64,000 nt of DNA from Blasia pusilla (Eukaryota), in assembly GCA_050084515.1 (NCBI GenBank), contig CM114271.1, forward strand, positions 31,496,001 through 31,560,000, written 5' to 3'. Below the pieces are notes generated by a model that had not been told where the DNA came from, made no database searches, and was given only the letters and a program-made list of their open reading frames with translations. Position 1 is the stretch's first letter, and every line of letters begins with the position of its first letter. Shown here in pieces: positions 13,263 to 27,500 of the stretch. The position numbers and the translations under genes are program-made.

Positions 13263-16200
13263 ATGAGTAGAGGAACGGGAGCCGGTTATGATCGGCACAT
13301 CACCATATTTTCACCTGAAGGTCGTCTTTACCAAGTTGGTGAGTCGATCATGCACCTGTCTCTCCTGATGCCGGTGTGGTCTTGGCAATGAAATGGATGT
13401 ATTTGATAAGTCTCAGACCGCTTCCACCGTTTTCAAGATCTTTCGGGTCCATGAAGAGGATTTCACAGGTTCCTGGGAATTAGAAGATTTGGGAAGTAGA
13501 CCTAGCGGGAGTTAATACTTAGCGTCTTTTCGGGGATTAATTTCTGAAATGTACTTCACGTCGCAGAGTATGCGTTCAAGGCAGTCAAAGCCGCTGGCAT
13601 CACATCCATCGGAGTTCGTGGGAAAGATTCAGTGTGCGTGGTGACTCAGAAGAAAGTACCGGTATGTGTGTAAATGTAGTGTTGAAGTACGTTCCTAATT
13701 ATTATTTTGCGCTGTTAGCAGTTTTGGAAGAAGTGCGATTCTGTATCTTTGCTGCATCTTGAAGTAGTCTGATCGGGCGATGTGATTATCTGATTCCTGG
13801 CCGCATAGCAGACCTGGATAATTTGTTAGTTTCTACTTGTTTTAGATGGTGTTTCCTATCTTTGAGAGGGTTATGGCAAGAAAAAACTTTCGTCTGGTTC
13901 AATCTGAAAATATTTTCGCAGAAGTGAATTAAAATGTGGCGGAAAATTGCCATCTAAGCGTTGGGATTCTAGGTCTGAATCTCTTGTGTTCTCAAATAAT
14001 TGGTGGTGTACCATTGACAGGACAAACTGCTGGATCGTACCAGTGTGTCACACCTGTTCCAGATCACCAAGTATATTGGGCTTCTCGCTACGGGCATGAC
14101 AGGTAAGCTGTTTTTGCAACCGTGACGGGGAAATAGTTTGGATTTAGTTTTTAAGGTTGTGAATAGATTGAACATCTTGCTCTGTTGGGAACTTTGAAGC
14201 CTTCTCTGGAGATTTGATGAAGATTTTTCCAGAAAGCACCCTTTTGGGCAGATTGTTGTAGTGGAAAAGGATATCGGAAACAGTAGAAAAAAATTGTTGT
14301 AGAGAGTTGTGTATCAAGAACCCCTGTCTCCTATGTTGTTTAGGCTTTACATGGGTGAACGGGAGGAACTTTTTTGATAGTATTCTTAAAATCTATAGCA
14401 TTTTGTATGTAAATATTCTGATGACCTTAATCGTTTTATGTATGGTAAGTACAATTGCCTCAATAAAATTGCGACTAATAAAATTCGACTAGAAGCCAAA
14501 AACAAGAATAAGAAGTCTGAGTTGAATGGTGACCCAGATGAACCTGCACGCGTCATACCATTGCTGACACATGGGGATGACATCACTTCGATGCTTAAAC
14601 ATCACACGGTCTCAAACTGTCTCACACTTTGGGAATTATGCAATAGGTCAGGAATGGAAGTCTATCTGCTAAAAAAGATGTCTTTGGCCCTCAACTCTTC
14701 AACTTTGGCAGTACATCACATTGGTCACATAACTTCACATTTAGGTAAAGGTTATGTAAAGAGATTGTATGAGAATACACCTATTCACGGGTGAGACACA
14801 AACCTACAAACCTTTTGAAAACTGATGGCAATTGCAGCAAAGTTAATGTAGTTTTGAGATGTTTTCACCTGCTGGAACCAATTGCAGAAGAATAGAAATG
14901 TTGCACACACCGTAGAAATTCCATTCCAACTTTACAAAGCCGTGGGGATTTAATTCACACTTTACTTCTGAATCGGGGCCTAGCTCCAATTAAGTGGCCC
15001 AAGGGGCTGGATGTTCCGCAGAAGCTCATTTGTGGGGGACAATGTCTATCCAGGGAGAGCAACTCCTCCTGAACTGCTGTTAGCAGAGTTCGGATAGGTA
15101 CCATGGCGAATTAATGCTAGTAAAATTTGAACACATCCTCGTGGTACCTTGTCAGTGATGATGATCCTCATCTTTCTGCAAGAACTTTTGAAGCTTCTGA
15201 GGACAGTACTATTTCCGGGGCGAAAACTGGTAGAGAGAGAATGGATTTGCAACTGGGGCATATCAATCCATGATTTCCTGAAAGCACTAATAAGGATCTT
15301 TGTGAGGTGTCGCACAACAATTTTGTTTCGATCTCTTGGGACAAGCATCATAAACTCCGGGACGGGAGTTGTAATGAGTCTGGGGAAATTGGGGACATGG
15401 GGGTAAATTTACCACATCTTCATGAAAAATTGGAGATCTGTGATGCATGCCTCTCACATCTTCCTCCCTATGTCTATTAACTAACATGTATTGGCTAGAC
15501 TCTATTAACTAACATGTATTGGCTAGACTCAGATGTTGTTCACCTGGCTTGGGTGAGAACTCTTTTACAAAGGAAATGGAGTATATGGTGTGCAGACTCT
15601 TTAGTTCAGGGATGATTAAGGATGAAGAGCATTACATTTCAAGTGTAGCCTACCTGGTTTTGCTCGTCTGGATTTCGCTGTTCTCTTCCAGCCCTGCTGT
15701 CAGTGTCACTGATTTCAGTGAGAACTAAGTTCAGGTTGCTAAATGGTCACATTTGTGATCATTTATAAATCAAAGTCCAATGGTCCTGTTTGGTCCTGAT
15801 AGGCAATAAAGTACTCTGCCATTTCATTCGTTCTTAAAGTTGGCTGGTTTCTATGCCTTCTGATGTTCAATAGCTTGCTATTTTCTGGATGATTTATGAG
15901 TCCCTTTTTTATCAAATCAAATGAGCTTTAGAAAGCTGTGGGATGCTTGGTTGTGCTGATTTGGTAGTTCTGCTTCAGGAAGGTAGTTTATGAACTAGTT
16001 TCCCCCAGAGAGTTTCACAGGAACTGAACCTGCTCTGGATGTAGAGTTCTAAAAGAGATGGTTCAATTGCAGCGGATGCAAGATCCTTAGTGCAACATGC
16101 GAGGAATGAAGCTGCAGAGTTCAAATTTAAGATGGGCTATGAGGTTCCTGTGGACTACCTAGCGAAGAGGTGCTTTCTCTGCTGTAGTATGACTTTTGAT

Positions 16201-17786
16201 TCTTTGACTGTAGTCAATTTGAAGACAGCAACTTTGTAAGTAGGTCAATGCATGCTCTCACATAATTGGCAACAATTATGTGAGAGCCCACTTTGAATCA
16301 CTATCTTGTCTAATCTAATCTATTAAAGAGACAGGTGTGTCTACAACTGTTGTACCTGCATGTTTTAATTTTTGGTTTGATGACTCCAGGTTAGCAGATA
16401 AATCACAAGTATATACCCAACATGCTTACATGAGACCCCTTGGAGTTGGTATGTTCTTTACACTGTGGACAATATCTCTGATTGTAAGGTGGTGCCAGAA
16501 GAACTTGAGGCACTTGATCACTTTACGCCCAAGCAGAGTTGGCTCAGCCTTCCTTATGGAGATTTTGTTCTCGGCTTGGTTTTTGGGCTTTGGACAGATG
16601 AGAGTGAACTAGCAAATGGATCTCTTAGTTTTGAGTTTCTTTGGTGGCCGGTCAGATCTAGGCTTCCAGAGTTTTTTATCAGTGGATGTTTCTGATGTTC
16701 TGACCAAGGTTTGGTTGGTGGAGTTTCATCAAGTATTGCTGACTTGCATCCTTTTAAGTGGAATATGTTAATTGGTTCATATGTGTTGGTCATGTACAGC
16801 TGCCATGCTCCTTGGAATTGATGATGAGTTGGGACCTCAGCTGTACAAGTGTGATCCCGCTGGTCACTTTGTTGGATACAAGGTTCTGATAATATCCTTC
16901 CTCATGAATCATTTCTCCTTCTCCCAAACCACAAAACTTCTCGATCAAGCATTAGAGTCAACTAAAGCCTTAATGGTATGGGCATGAATTGGTGATTGCA
17001 GGCAACAAGTTCAGGGCTGAAAGAACAGGAAGCAGTGAACTTTTTAGAGAAGAAGATGAAAAACGACCCCAAGTTGACGTATGACGAGACTGTTCAGGTA
17101 TGAAGGATGTTTCAGTCTTCACTTTCAGGAACTTTCCATCAGATGAGTTTTTTCAAAGGGTTGAATGCATGTATTCACTTCCTGAAGTGAAAAACTTCAA
17201 TTTGTATCGCACGTCTTTCATCTTCTGTTTATCTCTGTCAAATGTGTGTGTACACTGTTGAGGGTCCAATGTGCCCTTCCCACTGTGGAATCAGGGATAT
17301 GGCACTAGAGAGAATGGTTGTGATCATAACTGTTGTGTTTTTTATTTGCTGTTTTGGCAGACTGCTGTCACAGCTCTACAATCCATACTCCTGGAGGATT
17401 TCAAACCAACTGAAATTGAGGTATGGGCTACCACCTATATTGTTTGCTCCAAAATGGATGGTGGTCATTAACATTCAAACTGTATGATAAGTTTAAATGA
17501 AGTATGATTGTTCCGGTAGTCTGTTGCTGTATGACCCTGTTAGGGGACTTATTTTGCAGAGTTGGATCAGGTGCTGCTTGACTGAAAGTATCAACTTTTT
17601 TGTGATCGATGTGAAGTGGAGGGTGAAGCACTCCCTCTTTGTGATGACTTTGTGCCTTTATGACCCTAGAATCATTGGATGTCTGATGAGCAGGTTGGTG
17701 TTGTCAGTGCTGATGATACAAAGTTTCGGGTATTGTCAACCACAGAGATTGACCACCACTTGACTGCAATAAGTGAACGTGATTGA
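13263..17786 (+). CDS. PAA1: 20S proteasome subunit alpha type-6 (alpha1), 9 exons, 246 aa
   Basis: Exons 13263-13338, 13567-13661, 14021-14102, 16073-16169, 16390-16448, 16800-16882, 17002-17097, 17361-17420, 17694-17786, all GT-AG, total 741 nt. Translation [33 protein letters not shown]...[12 protein letters not shown]...[13 protein letters not shown]...[13 protein letters not shown]. Confidence 0.97.
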
Positions 17787-20700
17787 GAAATGGACTAGTT
17801 TCTTAGAAAGGTAATTGCAACGTTTTTGCATCTGTACCTCTAGATGCCTGCAATGAACTCACCCACTGTTGTCAAAGTCCAGGATCAGTGAATGGTGTTG
17901 AAAGATATCACCTCAGTGCCCTTACTACTCTCATCATGTACAGCAACCTTCATATCCTACCATTAGGCTAGACAATGTGGGGATGTGTTTAGTTCATCCT
18001 TACTCAAACGTGATTTCGAGAAATGTGAACACTTAAAAGAGGGAAGTCAGCTGCAGTGTTTTCTAGTGGAATGTGAAGATTATCCAGTCTGAGAATCACG
18101 AATCAATTTCTGGGAATATTGTCAGACCAATTGCAGGCCATCTTAAATTCCTCTCCATGTGTTTGGAACTTCGGATTTTCTTGCATGGGAACCTGTTTGT
18201 ACCCTTTCTTGCTATCCCACTTGGTCAGTAGATCTCATTCGTACTTTTTCTTTTCGTGGATTGGGTTTGGTGGAGAACGATGCTGTAAGTTGCTCAAGAG
18301 ATTCATGATAACTGGACAAAGTCTGAATGTGGAAGGGAGGTTTTAAGTCACAGAAATGTGGGAAAACTTATTGGTTGACTCTTTTCATCTGGGAATCGGT
18401 TCTTTCGGTCCTCACTATTTCATTGCGAGCTGAGATTTGTGTGGCATCGCTATCATGCCATGTATCGCTAGACTGGGAAGCACGCTGGGATCTCGTGTGA
18501 TGGTATCATTCAACAGATTTAGCTATCATTAGTAGCTGGGTAAGATATATTAAATCTGACAAGACCACTTGTATTGCTGAGATAGCGTCTTTAAATAGAG
18601 AGCCTTACACCTTTTAAACCAAACTAGCCTTAGAATGCAAAGATCTCACCAATGATAGCTAAATCTGTTGAGTGTGACGGTCTGCACCCTAATACTGGCA
18701 AAGATTTTTACTTTGCAAGGTGAGTCATATTTCGAGCATGTTGGAGGTCAGTGAATGAGTCTAACTGTTTGATAGCGCCTCTGGGTTTAGAGTTAAGCAG
18801 ATCAAGGAAACAACCAGGTTGGACTCTAGAAGAAAAAGTCATGGGCCAAAGTCAGGACAGTCACGAGTTGTCACTCACATCATGGGATGATGAAAGAAGG
18901 CACGATGCCAAATCAAACACTACAAGACGGATTGGTGTGGGACTCTCTTGAATGTTATGTAGTCATGAGCTGTTACTCACGTGCTGGGATGATTCAAGTG
19001 GACAAGATGGCAGATTCCAATGTCACAAGATGAATCACCATGGGTACGAATGTGAGGGTGCAAATGTAACCCCCCTACTGTGTGAGGAGTTGACTAATGC
19101 AGTGGGATTTACTTCTTTTTGTCATATTTTTTTCAAAAGATATGAAATTTCTCCAGAAGTAGTCATTGGTGCTATCCTCATCGGAGAAGAAGTCGAAAAA
19201 GTATCGGAGTACAAGGGTAACTCCTTGCATGCCTTTATTCTAATTCAATTCGATTTTAGTAGCTGGGTAAGATATATTAAATCTCTGAAGCGTCTAGCGT
19301 TAGGAGGACACCTGTAACCAAACTAGCCTTAGAATGCAAAGAACTCATCTGGGTTCTCAAATTTGGAAGGCATCTGTAATCAAACTAGCATTAGAATGCA
19401 CAGAAATCGTGTGGGGTTTCTAGTTTGGAAGGTGTCCTAATTTGGAAGTGAAGAGGTGGTGAAGAAAGTGGAGGAGTGTAAGATTGAAGGTGGTTAAAGA
19501 AGTGGAGGATTAGGTGGAGAAGTGGAGAAAACGTGTTATCCCCTGAAGATGTGGCGTTTACCATAATACATGTGTTTCCGCACAAGTCAAGACAACTCTG
19601 GCTGGTAGGTAAATACTCAAGTGGAGTTGCAAATTTTAGACGTAAAGCAACCATTTGGAAGCCTCGTGCCTATTCACCCTCGAGTTATCTTAGCCCCAGG
19701 TTGAGTTTGTTATCCCTGATCCCTCTCCGAATAAATATAAACGTGTTATGTTCACATTGCCAGTGTCCAGGAGAGGGTAGCTCAATGGGTAACCTTCACC
19801 ACTATGTAATGGCAGGTTGTTTTTTAAATCCGCATAGTGTGGTTAGTTTTGTCCAAATGTCACTCCACTTTAACTTGAACTTCACCTGTCGCGAGGTAAA
19901 AGTGGGAGGCGCATGCGAAATCAACTCTAGGTTGCTCTGAACCACTTGGAGGCTATTGTACAGTCGCAGACTATCTCAGATGCGATTTGTAAGTGCTTCT
20001 TTCTCCAGCTGGAGGTGCATGTGATATCAACTGGAGGTTGTTGTAACCGTTGGAAGAAACATTTGGAGGATCTCGAACGCGATTTCTAATTGCTTCTTTC
20101 TCAACCAAGGAAACTATGTGTTTCATGTGTGTTAAACCCGTATCGTCTCATATCAATTTTCCTCCCCCGTTTTTTATAAAACTTGTTAGGACTCATAAGG
20201 GACAGTGCGATGTGATAGTGGATCCCTGTTTAAATATTCCCTCTCCTTACCAATTTCTCTTTACATGAACCCCCTCTTAACGACCAAAAGTATTTTTGAA
20301 ACAAAACTAATTTCCAACCTCCAATTAGTATATAGATTGAGCCTTCGTATGGGTCAATTCCAATCTCCATATTTGGGGGAGTGAAATATATGCATATATG
20401 CACCAATGAAAGGGGAACCGGATTACGTGTTGACCTAGCCGAATGAGTTTCACAACTTAAAACTCTAAACAGACATGACTTCCTTTGTGTTAGAATCAAA
20501 ATAACCGGCTAAACATACGTGATTTCCTTTGTGTTAGAATCAAAATAACGGGCTGGAATTAGGAAAAGTTCGTGCTTTCTCGCTTCGAGAGAAGCGGAAA
20601 CGAGCCGCTTCTAGTTTTGAATGTGACGGTAGTCATCACAAGACGAATTGTCGCGGGACTCTTTTGAATGTCACAAGCTGTTACTTACGTCCTGGGATGA

Positions 20701-21239
20701 TTCTAGTAGACACGATGGCAGATCGGACGCCACAAGAGGAACCATCATGGGACGGTTTTGAATGTCACGGTAGTCATGAGCTTATTACTAACGACACGGA
20801 GAGACTATTGCGAAGTTGCGAACCAAAGAGGGAGCTAGCGGAACTGTTACGTGAACTTGACTTTGACATGTAGGAGCCAGTAAGACGGTAGGACCGGGCC
20901 CGTATTTAATACTACTTCACTTTACATAAATGCGCGCATGTGAATGTTCTTGAGTCATGTTCTAGCGGAATCTAGCCTTTTGGAGTCGATGTCAACCCTG
21001 ATTCTTGTGTCGGATCTTATTAAAAGCCAGGGTTTGAATAGTTAGGGTGACGTCCACTATTTTGGAGAAGTCTCGTCCAGGGACTCCAGAGTCCACTGTA
21101 TTACTGTACCCATTGGGGCACCTTCGGGCGGGCAGGGTGAAAATTCACAAAACCGGGTTATGCTGGTATCGTTCAACTGTATTGAGGGCTTTGATATTCC
21201 GGAGATTTGGACCGGGCATATAATTTATATTATTAAAAG

Positions 21240-22834
21240 AGAACGGTTTGACACGTAGGAGTTTTGAGCTTTGACACGTGAGGAGAGAGGGGTATTAAGT
21301 AGAGAGGTTTTAGGGGTAGGGAGGGGCATTCAAGTAGTGAACCTGGTTGAATTTTATTATTTAAACCACACTATAAATATTCCAAGCAGAACAAATCATA
21401 AAGATTTGAATAAAATAGAAAAATATTTTATTAAATATTAATATTTATTAAGTATTATAATGGAGGATTATAAATATTAATAAAACGGAATAATTTGGAT
21501 TAAAGTTTTTACGAATTTGTGTCTTAATTCACCTAAATTTTAATGGATAAGGAGTAGATCAAATTTTATGAAAGATTAAAATTATTTAGAAGATTAGGAT
21601 ATCATTTAAATTTGAAGGAATAGATAAAATTTTATGGAAGGTTAAAATTATTTAGAAGATTAGGATATCATTTAAATTTGAATGGAGTATAATTACTTAA
21701 AAGAGTGAAATTTTCTTATTCTTCTAAGATTTTAGAAAATAATAACGATATTTAAAATTTAAAATTAATGATGTGATTATTTTAAAATTAATCTTATTAA
21801 TTCACATGTGATATTTTGGGAAAGGAAAATAAAATTTAATGGAAAATTAAAATCATGTAATTAATTAAAATCATGTAATTAATTAAAATCATGTAATTAA
21901 TTAAAATCATGTAATTAATTAAAATCATTTAATTAATTAAAATTAATTAAGAAAATTTTTTAGTGAATGTGATTTTGGTACAAGGGGAAGAATAATTTTT
22001 GTTGGAACTTTTAGGGAGGAATGTAATTATTTAGGGGAGATGGATATTATCTTAAGATAATTTTCTTACTCTTTTAAGATTTATAAGAGTGGAGATTACA
22101 CCTAAAATTTGAAATTAAATATATTTAAAAATTAAAAAAATCATCAACACATGTTTATAAGCCATTCTATTGAGGAAATTGTATTAGCTGTGCATGGCAC
22201 GGACAACATCTACATTATTATGGGAGAGTGCCTTCTTGATTTGCAAACACCACACCTCTCTATTTGAAACGTGGCAACTAGGAAGCAAGAAAATGTGTCT
22301 CCTTGTGCAAACAGCGATAAAAAAGATTTGAATTTGTGTGTTGCATCATTAATCCCTTCCCTTCACAAATTATACACCAACAAAAATTTTCAAACGCTTT
22401 TTATTCTGGTGCATTGCACGAACACCTTACTAGTAGTGTAATATAAGAATTTTGGTTCTTGCGCTCAAGGCTCGCGCAAGAACTAGAATTCTTTGTTGTA
22501 TTCGGTTGCTTACCGTTTCAAATGTAATTGCCGACGTGAAAATTGGGTTTCCTTTGTTAGATTTTAAAAAATCGGCGAGAACGGTTAAATTTTTGCCTAT
22601 TATGAAAGTTCTCGGGGGGAAAAAAAACTGGTGTGCCTAGAAAACCTGTCCGAGCACTGGACGGACTGTTTTGACTTAGGAAGATGTCCCTTTAAGTTGG
22701 CCAATATTCTCGAGGAGAGTGCCTTAACTGGGGAGTAATAAAATGTTTCCTCCTCTACGGGCAGCAGAAAAATGATTTTGTGTGCAACATGATTAGCCCC
22801 TTCACTCTCGTGCATGGCACGGGCTGCCCACTAG
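21240..22834 (+). mobile_element. AT-rich non-autonomous Helitron-like sequence with three stacked 3' ends
   Basis: GTGC-N3-GCAC hairpins followed by CTAC/CTAG at 22190-22213, 22409-22433 and 22809-22834. Internal 18-bp tandem AATTAAAATCATGTAATT (~21845-21935) and a ~55-bp direct repeat (21561/21627). The left boundary is approximate. Confidence 0.6.
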
Positions 22835-23429
22835 TAAATATATATTCCCGCCCGCCTTTGTGTTCCATCTACAAATTAGTATCCTTGGCTAACATCAAAT
22901 TTGAGACATGTGCCATTCCTATGAGGCGAGCTTCTGATGCACAGTAACTTGTTCGTGTCTTCGAAGCGATTGGAGATGGTAATTATGAAAGTTTTGGATA
23001 TTCTCTAGTGGGGCAGTTTACACCAATGTTTGGGGAGATGAGTGTTTAAAGTTAACCTAGCTGGTTAACTTGGAAATGTAGAGGGTTCCACGAAAACATC
23101 CATGAACCTTGGTTCACATTCCAACCCATCGAACCGCACACCGAAAAATTAAAGTTGTGAACATCTAAAAACCTTAGCCATCATGTACTCTAATATTTTC
23201 ATTCTAAAGTTGGCAAGTTCTCTTCTTCTTTATATGGTTTCACTAAGCAAAGTCAACATATATTATAGGACATGAATTTATAATTTCTATGAAACTAGGC
23301 CTTAGCAACTTCTATCTCCACAAGGGTCCCAAATATGGCCCTCTTGTTATAATTATTTTTCCTAAAAATATAACAAGAAAAATTATTTCCAAAGGCATAC
23401 AAAGAGAAACATAAATTCTTAATTTCAAT

Positions 23430-25325
23430 GGGCCATGTCAATCAATAAATTCGGTTCTCCTTGGACTCCCCTTTACGAACCCCTCCTTAAGAAAGAAAAA
23501 GGAATAATTTCATCCCAAAATCCAATCCTAAGATTCCCATTCCGATGGTGTTCAAAATTTATCCGTCTTTGTTGTTATCTTTTTGTAGTACGCAATCTTA
23601 GGATAGAGTGCTCAATAGCTAAAGATGGTGCTTTCTCTCTCTTATGTGCATTTGACATGGGGGTAACATGTCGTCCCATTTGGGGCAAGGGCGGTTTGAT
23701 CATCCTTATCAGTGGAGTGTTCCTTAATTTACCTCATGCGATCTTTTTCTTACTTGCTTCAGTGTGTACCTTCCTTCTATGGTAAAATGAGTGGAGCAGA
23801 TACACCTCTACTGTATTATTCGGTAGACTAGTGCAAGTTAAGTGAAAGCTAACTCCCAATTTTTTCTACGATGTCCTTCCTACCTTCTTCGCACTTGTCC
23901 TCTCACTTCGAGGTTCTTACATTGGTCGGCTTCTTTCGATGCTTCTATCTTGGCAAATTTTGGTCAACTTATTGGCCCGAATACATTTGAGGGAGAGGAT
24001 GGTCCGATGGTGTCTTGGCTTCACAAAAAGCTATCTTGCCTATTTCTTTTGGAGGGGTGGGACTTTCCTCCATAGTCGTATCAGCTCCCGCAACCTTTTT
24101 GAGGAGTTGGGCATTGGTAGCATCGATTATGGCTTCAAGGTTTCTCCAAGAAGATACACATATCTTGATGGATCATGTCGCCCATGTAGGGAGGGGGACT
24201 TGTTATTTCAACAACAAGTGAGATCTGCCAGAGCTTTTCTTCCTCTTGCTACACAAGAAATTCTACCTCCTTTCAGTCAATTGATTACGGAAGGGCTTGA
24301 TCGACTTCAAGAGCATGTCTTCGAGAATGTGTAGCAAATCAACTTTTCGTGCATTCTCATTGAGGCATCCTCTAACACTCTTCGAGCTTGTCTGCGTTCA
24401 TGTGCGGGTACTGGAGCAATGGTGTAGCTTACTGCAAATCCTCTTATTCTTCCATTTCGTCTTCCTCAAAGCATATTCTCAACAACTTTGCGGTTATGCC
24501 TTGGACTTTCCCATCCTTCTCTGTTAGGTGTGCCGAATTATGTATGCGGGGATCCCATTGATGCCAAGGGTATCCATATTATCCGTGTGCACATGGTGGA
24601 GATCGAACGAACGACCACACATGATGTCATTAGAGAGTTGGTAACATCGATGGCTCTTATTGGAGGATATACGGTTGGGCAAGAGTAGCTCCATGTTCTA
24701 CCTTCAACCATACAAGCAACCTCTCGTGAGAGAGTTGATCTTGTTATGTCTCGAGGTGGATTCCGAAAACTAGGTAATATGGTGGTTGATGATCCAACAC
24801 TTGGTGTGTTGAGCTGCACATACCAAAGGTTCGGCGGCCAAAGTTGCGACAAGAATCAAGGAGTTAAGTTATGTTGTGAGACATGGGACTGATGGATTTA
24901 CTCCTTTTGCAATGGAAGTATTCGCTCATTTACTTGTGTCTTTTGATACTTTCCTGCAATTGTGTGCTCACCACTCCCTCGAGAATCATCACCTTGCACT
25001 TTCCCGTAGTCCTTCTCTCTGTGTAATTACTACCTATTTTCGACAATGCATCTCAGTGGCCTTACAACGTGCATAAGCCTTGGCATTGATATGTCGTGCG
25101 GTGGTGGTGGAGGGTTGCTCGCCTCGTCGTCCGTTCATGTCTGACTAACCACTCGTGTTCTTGTAAGATTTGTTTCATGCTATCAATCGTGTAGCTCATT
25201 GAATCAGTGTTTGTGTTGGCTAGTTGCCATTTTCTTTTTGCATTCCATTATGCATTTTTTGACTCCTCTTTTGAGATGTTATTACCTTTCTTTGTCCTCT
25301 TTTGAGATTTATTTTATAATAAAGT
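23430..25325 (+). mobile_element. Degraded non-LTR retrotransposon with restriction-like endonuclease (CRE-like)
   Basis: Fragments LPISFGGVGLSS, RLCLGLSHP...CGDPIDAKGIHI, RTTTHDVIRELV, RVDL, FTPFAMEVFAHL, FRQCISVALQRA match the C-terminal layout of RLE-type elements; many lesions. Confidence 0.65.
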
Positions 25326-25500
25326 GGATATGGAGTTATGGGAATAGTCGTATCGCTTTGAGTTATACTATTATTCCAATTATCTACGAAGCCCTAATGT
25401 GGATAATTTTATTATTCCTACAACCTTTGTTTGATGGAATAATAGGGTAGATATTTTACAGAAAAAAAACACCCCCAATTTGTAGAGTTTGAAGGAGATA

Positions 25501-27500
25501 TCTTTATAATAAAGTAGTAAGTTTTTGCCCATGCAATGCACTCAACCAAATGGGTGGAAATGAAAATATTTTACTAATGGAGACTATAATGAAATCATTA
25601 CATTAGACACATATGTTGAAATTATAAAGTTGAAAAATAAATTTTAAAGATAAGATTTTTCTTGAATATACGAAGAATCATAAGACTCTAGTTTTCATTT
25701 TAAAAAAATACTTAATTTCCCCTTATTAATGTAGAAAGAAATCAATTATCCTTATTTTTCTAACCCTCATCTCTCAATTAGTTAAAAAATTCACTTATTT
25801 TGATCCAAAGTTTTAAAAAAATTTTAATTTTGAGGGATTTTTTATGATATTCTTAAAAAATCCCTCACAATTAAAATTTGAAAAATAGATTAAATGGCAC
25901 ATTTCGAAAGTTATATGTAATTTTCCTTCCAATGTGGGAACTTTTGTGTCGGGCCTGCATTGACATGGTTATCCTAGGGACAGACATAAGTCCACGGGTA
26001 CGGAATTTATCCGTGTCCAATCTTGATCCCCTCCTTCTTAAGTTAACTAGAACAAGTATTTGTGAGATATTTTAAACTATTTTCCCCCATTTCATCCTCT
26101 TCTTTATTATTTCTCTAATGTTATGATCTTTTCTTTTTTACTTACAAATTTTAATGTGCTTTTTTTAAAGTAGAAAAATGAAATTGTCATTGGATTAGAG
26201 AAGTGTTAGTAAGGTATTATTGGAAGGTCATTATAACTTGTTAGATCAACGGAATCATATTTCCTTGTTTTCCAACATGAACTAACCCATTTTCCACACA
26301 TCTAATTCTTGCTAGTATATAATTTAAATAAGGTATTGCTTTGGATGTTGCATCATCAAGGTTTATGACTTTATTAGTGGAGGTTGGTAGCATGATTCAC
26401 TCAAGTATTAAAATTTTCCTTTGAATGTCAACGAAAAATCTACATATCAGATTATTGTCATCAGTGATGAGGCGTGCATTATCCAAAAGGCCACTATCAT
26501 AGGTTGGGATGAGACACCAATGGCTTATCATAATATATTTTACATTGTTAATTGAATGCTTCAAGATATTAGAGGGGACACTTCTAAGATGTGCCCTTGA
26601 AGGGAAAAAAATTATCTTTGGCGTTGATTTTCACCATGTGAACAACAACCACAAATTTTCCAATCCACAATAAAGAGGTCATCCTTATGGTCTCATGTGA
26701 AGGTTTAGAAAATGGCTACCAACATGAAGGTTCAGAATTTGGAAGGTAATGTGCTCTTGGATCAAACAAGTTTTTGTCATTGGCTCTTGGAGATGGGAGA
26801 AGTTGGCATTTCTCATCATGTTCATTTAGGAGAATCGTGCTAAATAGTTTGATTGATTTGATATATGGGAACCAACTGCAAAGTTTCCATGACATTACTT
26901 TGACCTTAGAGATAGATGCAATCAATACTAAGTCATGTCTTGATGTGCTAGAGAGGTTCTATATATTCTCGCATTTATAATTCTTGCTTCCATTTGTAAT
27001 TATATAATCATTACGTCTCATGATATCATCTCACTTCTTATGTACGTTATGCAATGAGGAACACACATAATTAAGTCATGACTATGTCCTTGATATATGG
27101 ACGAGTTGTATCCATAATTTTAAGTTCTTATACACTTTTCTTCCTAATACACTATGTTATGCCCGTGCGATGGACGAAGCCGAATGGATGGAAATCAAAA
27201 TACTTTATAAATGGAAAATATAATGAAATTATACTTCCATTTATATTTTAGATTGAAATTACAGATAAATAGTGAAGATAAGTTTTTGCTTGAATATATG
27301 AATAGTCAAGAGATTCTAATTTTGATTTTAAAAAATGCTTGTCTTTTCCCTTATTAGTTTAGAAAGAAATCAATTATCCTTATTTTTTAGACCCCCTTCT
27401 TTTGATTAGTAAAAAGAAAACCACTCATTTTGATCCAAAGTTTGTATCAAAATAATCTTTAGAAATCCTCACAATTAAAGCTTGAAAATAAACAAATAAA
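25501..27500 (+). mobile_element. Helitron remnant with duplicated 5' block
   Basis: A|TCTTTATAATAAAG start at 25501; ~330-bp block 25525-25890 repeated at ~27160-27490; encloses a helicase fragment. Confidence 0.55.
26340..26720 (+). pseudogene. PIF1-like Helitron helicase fragment
   Basis: Broken translation ASSxFMTLLVEVGSMIHSSIKI...ATIIGWDETPMAY...MLQDIRG...GKKIIFGVDFH corresponds to the ASSGIAA...HSRFKIP / IIWDEAPM / FGGK...GDF motifs. Confidence 0.75.

Noticed and set aside
14430-15490. Nested gene in PAA1 intron 3
   Set aside because: Short ORFs with no recognisable motifs; probably old repeat debris.
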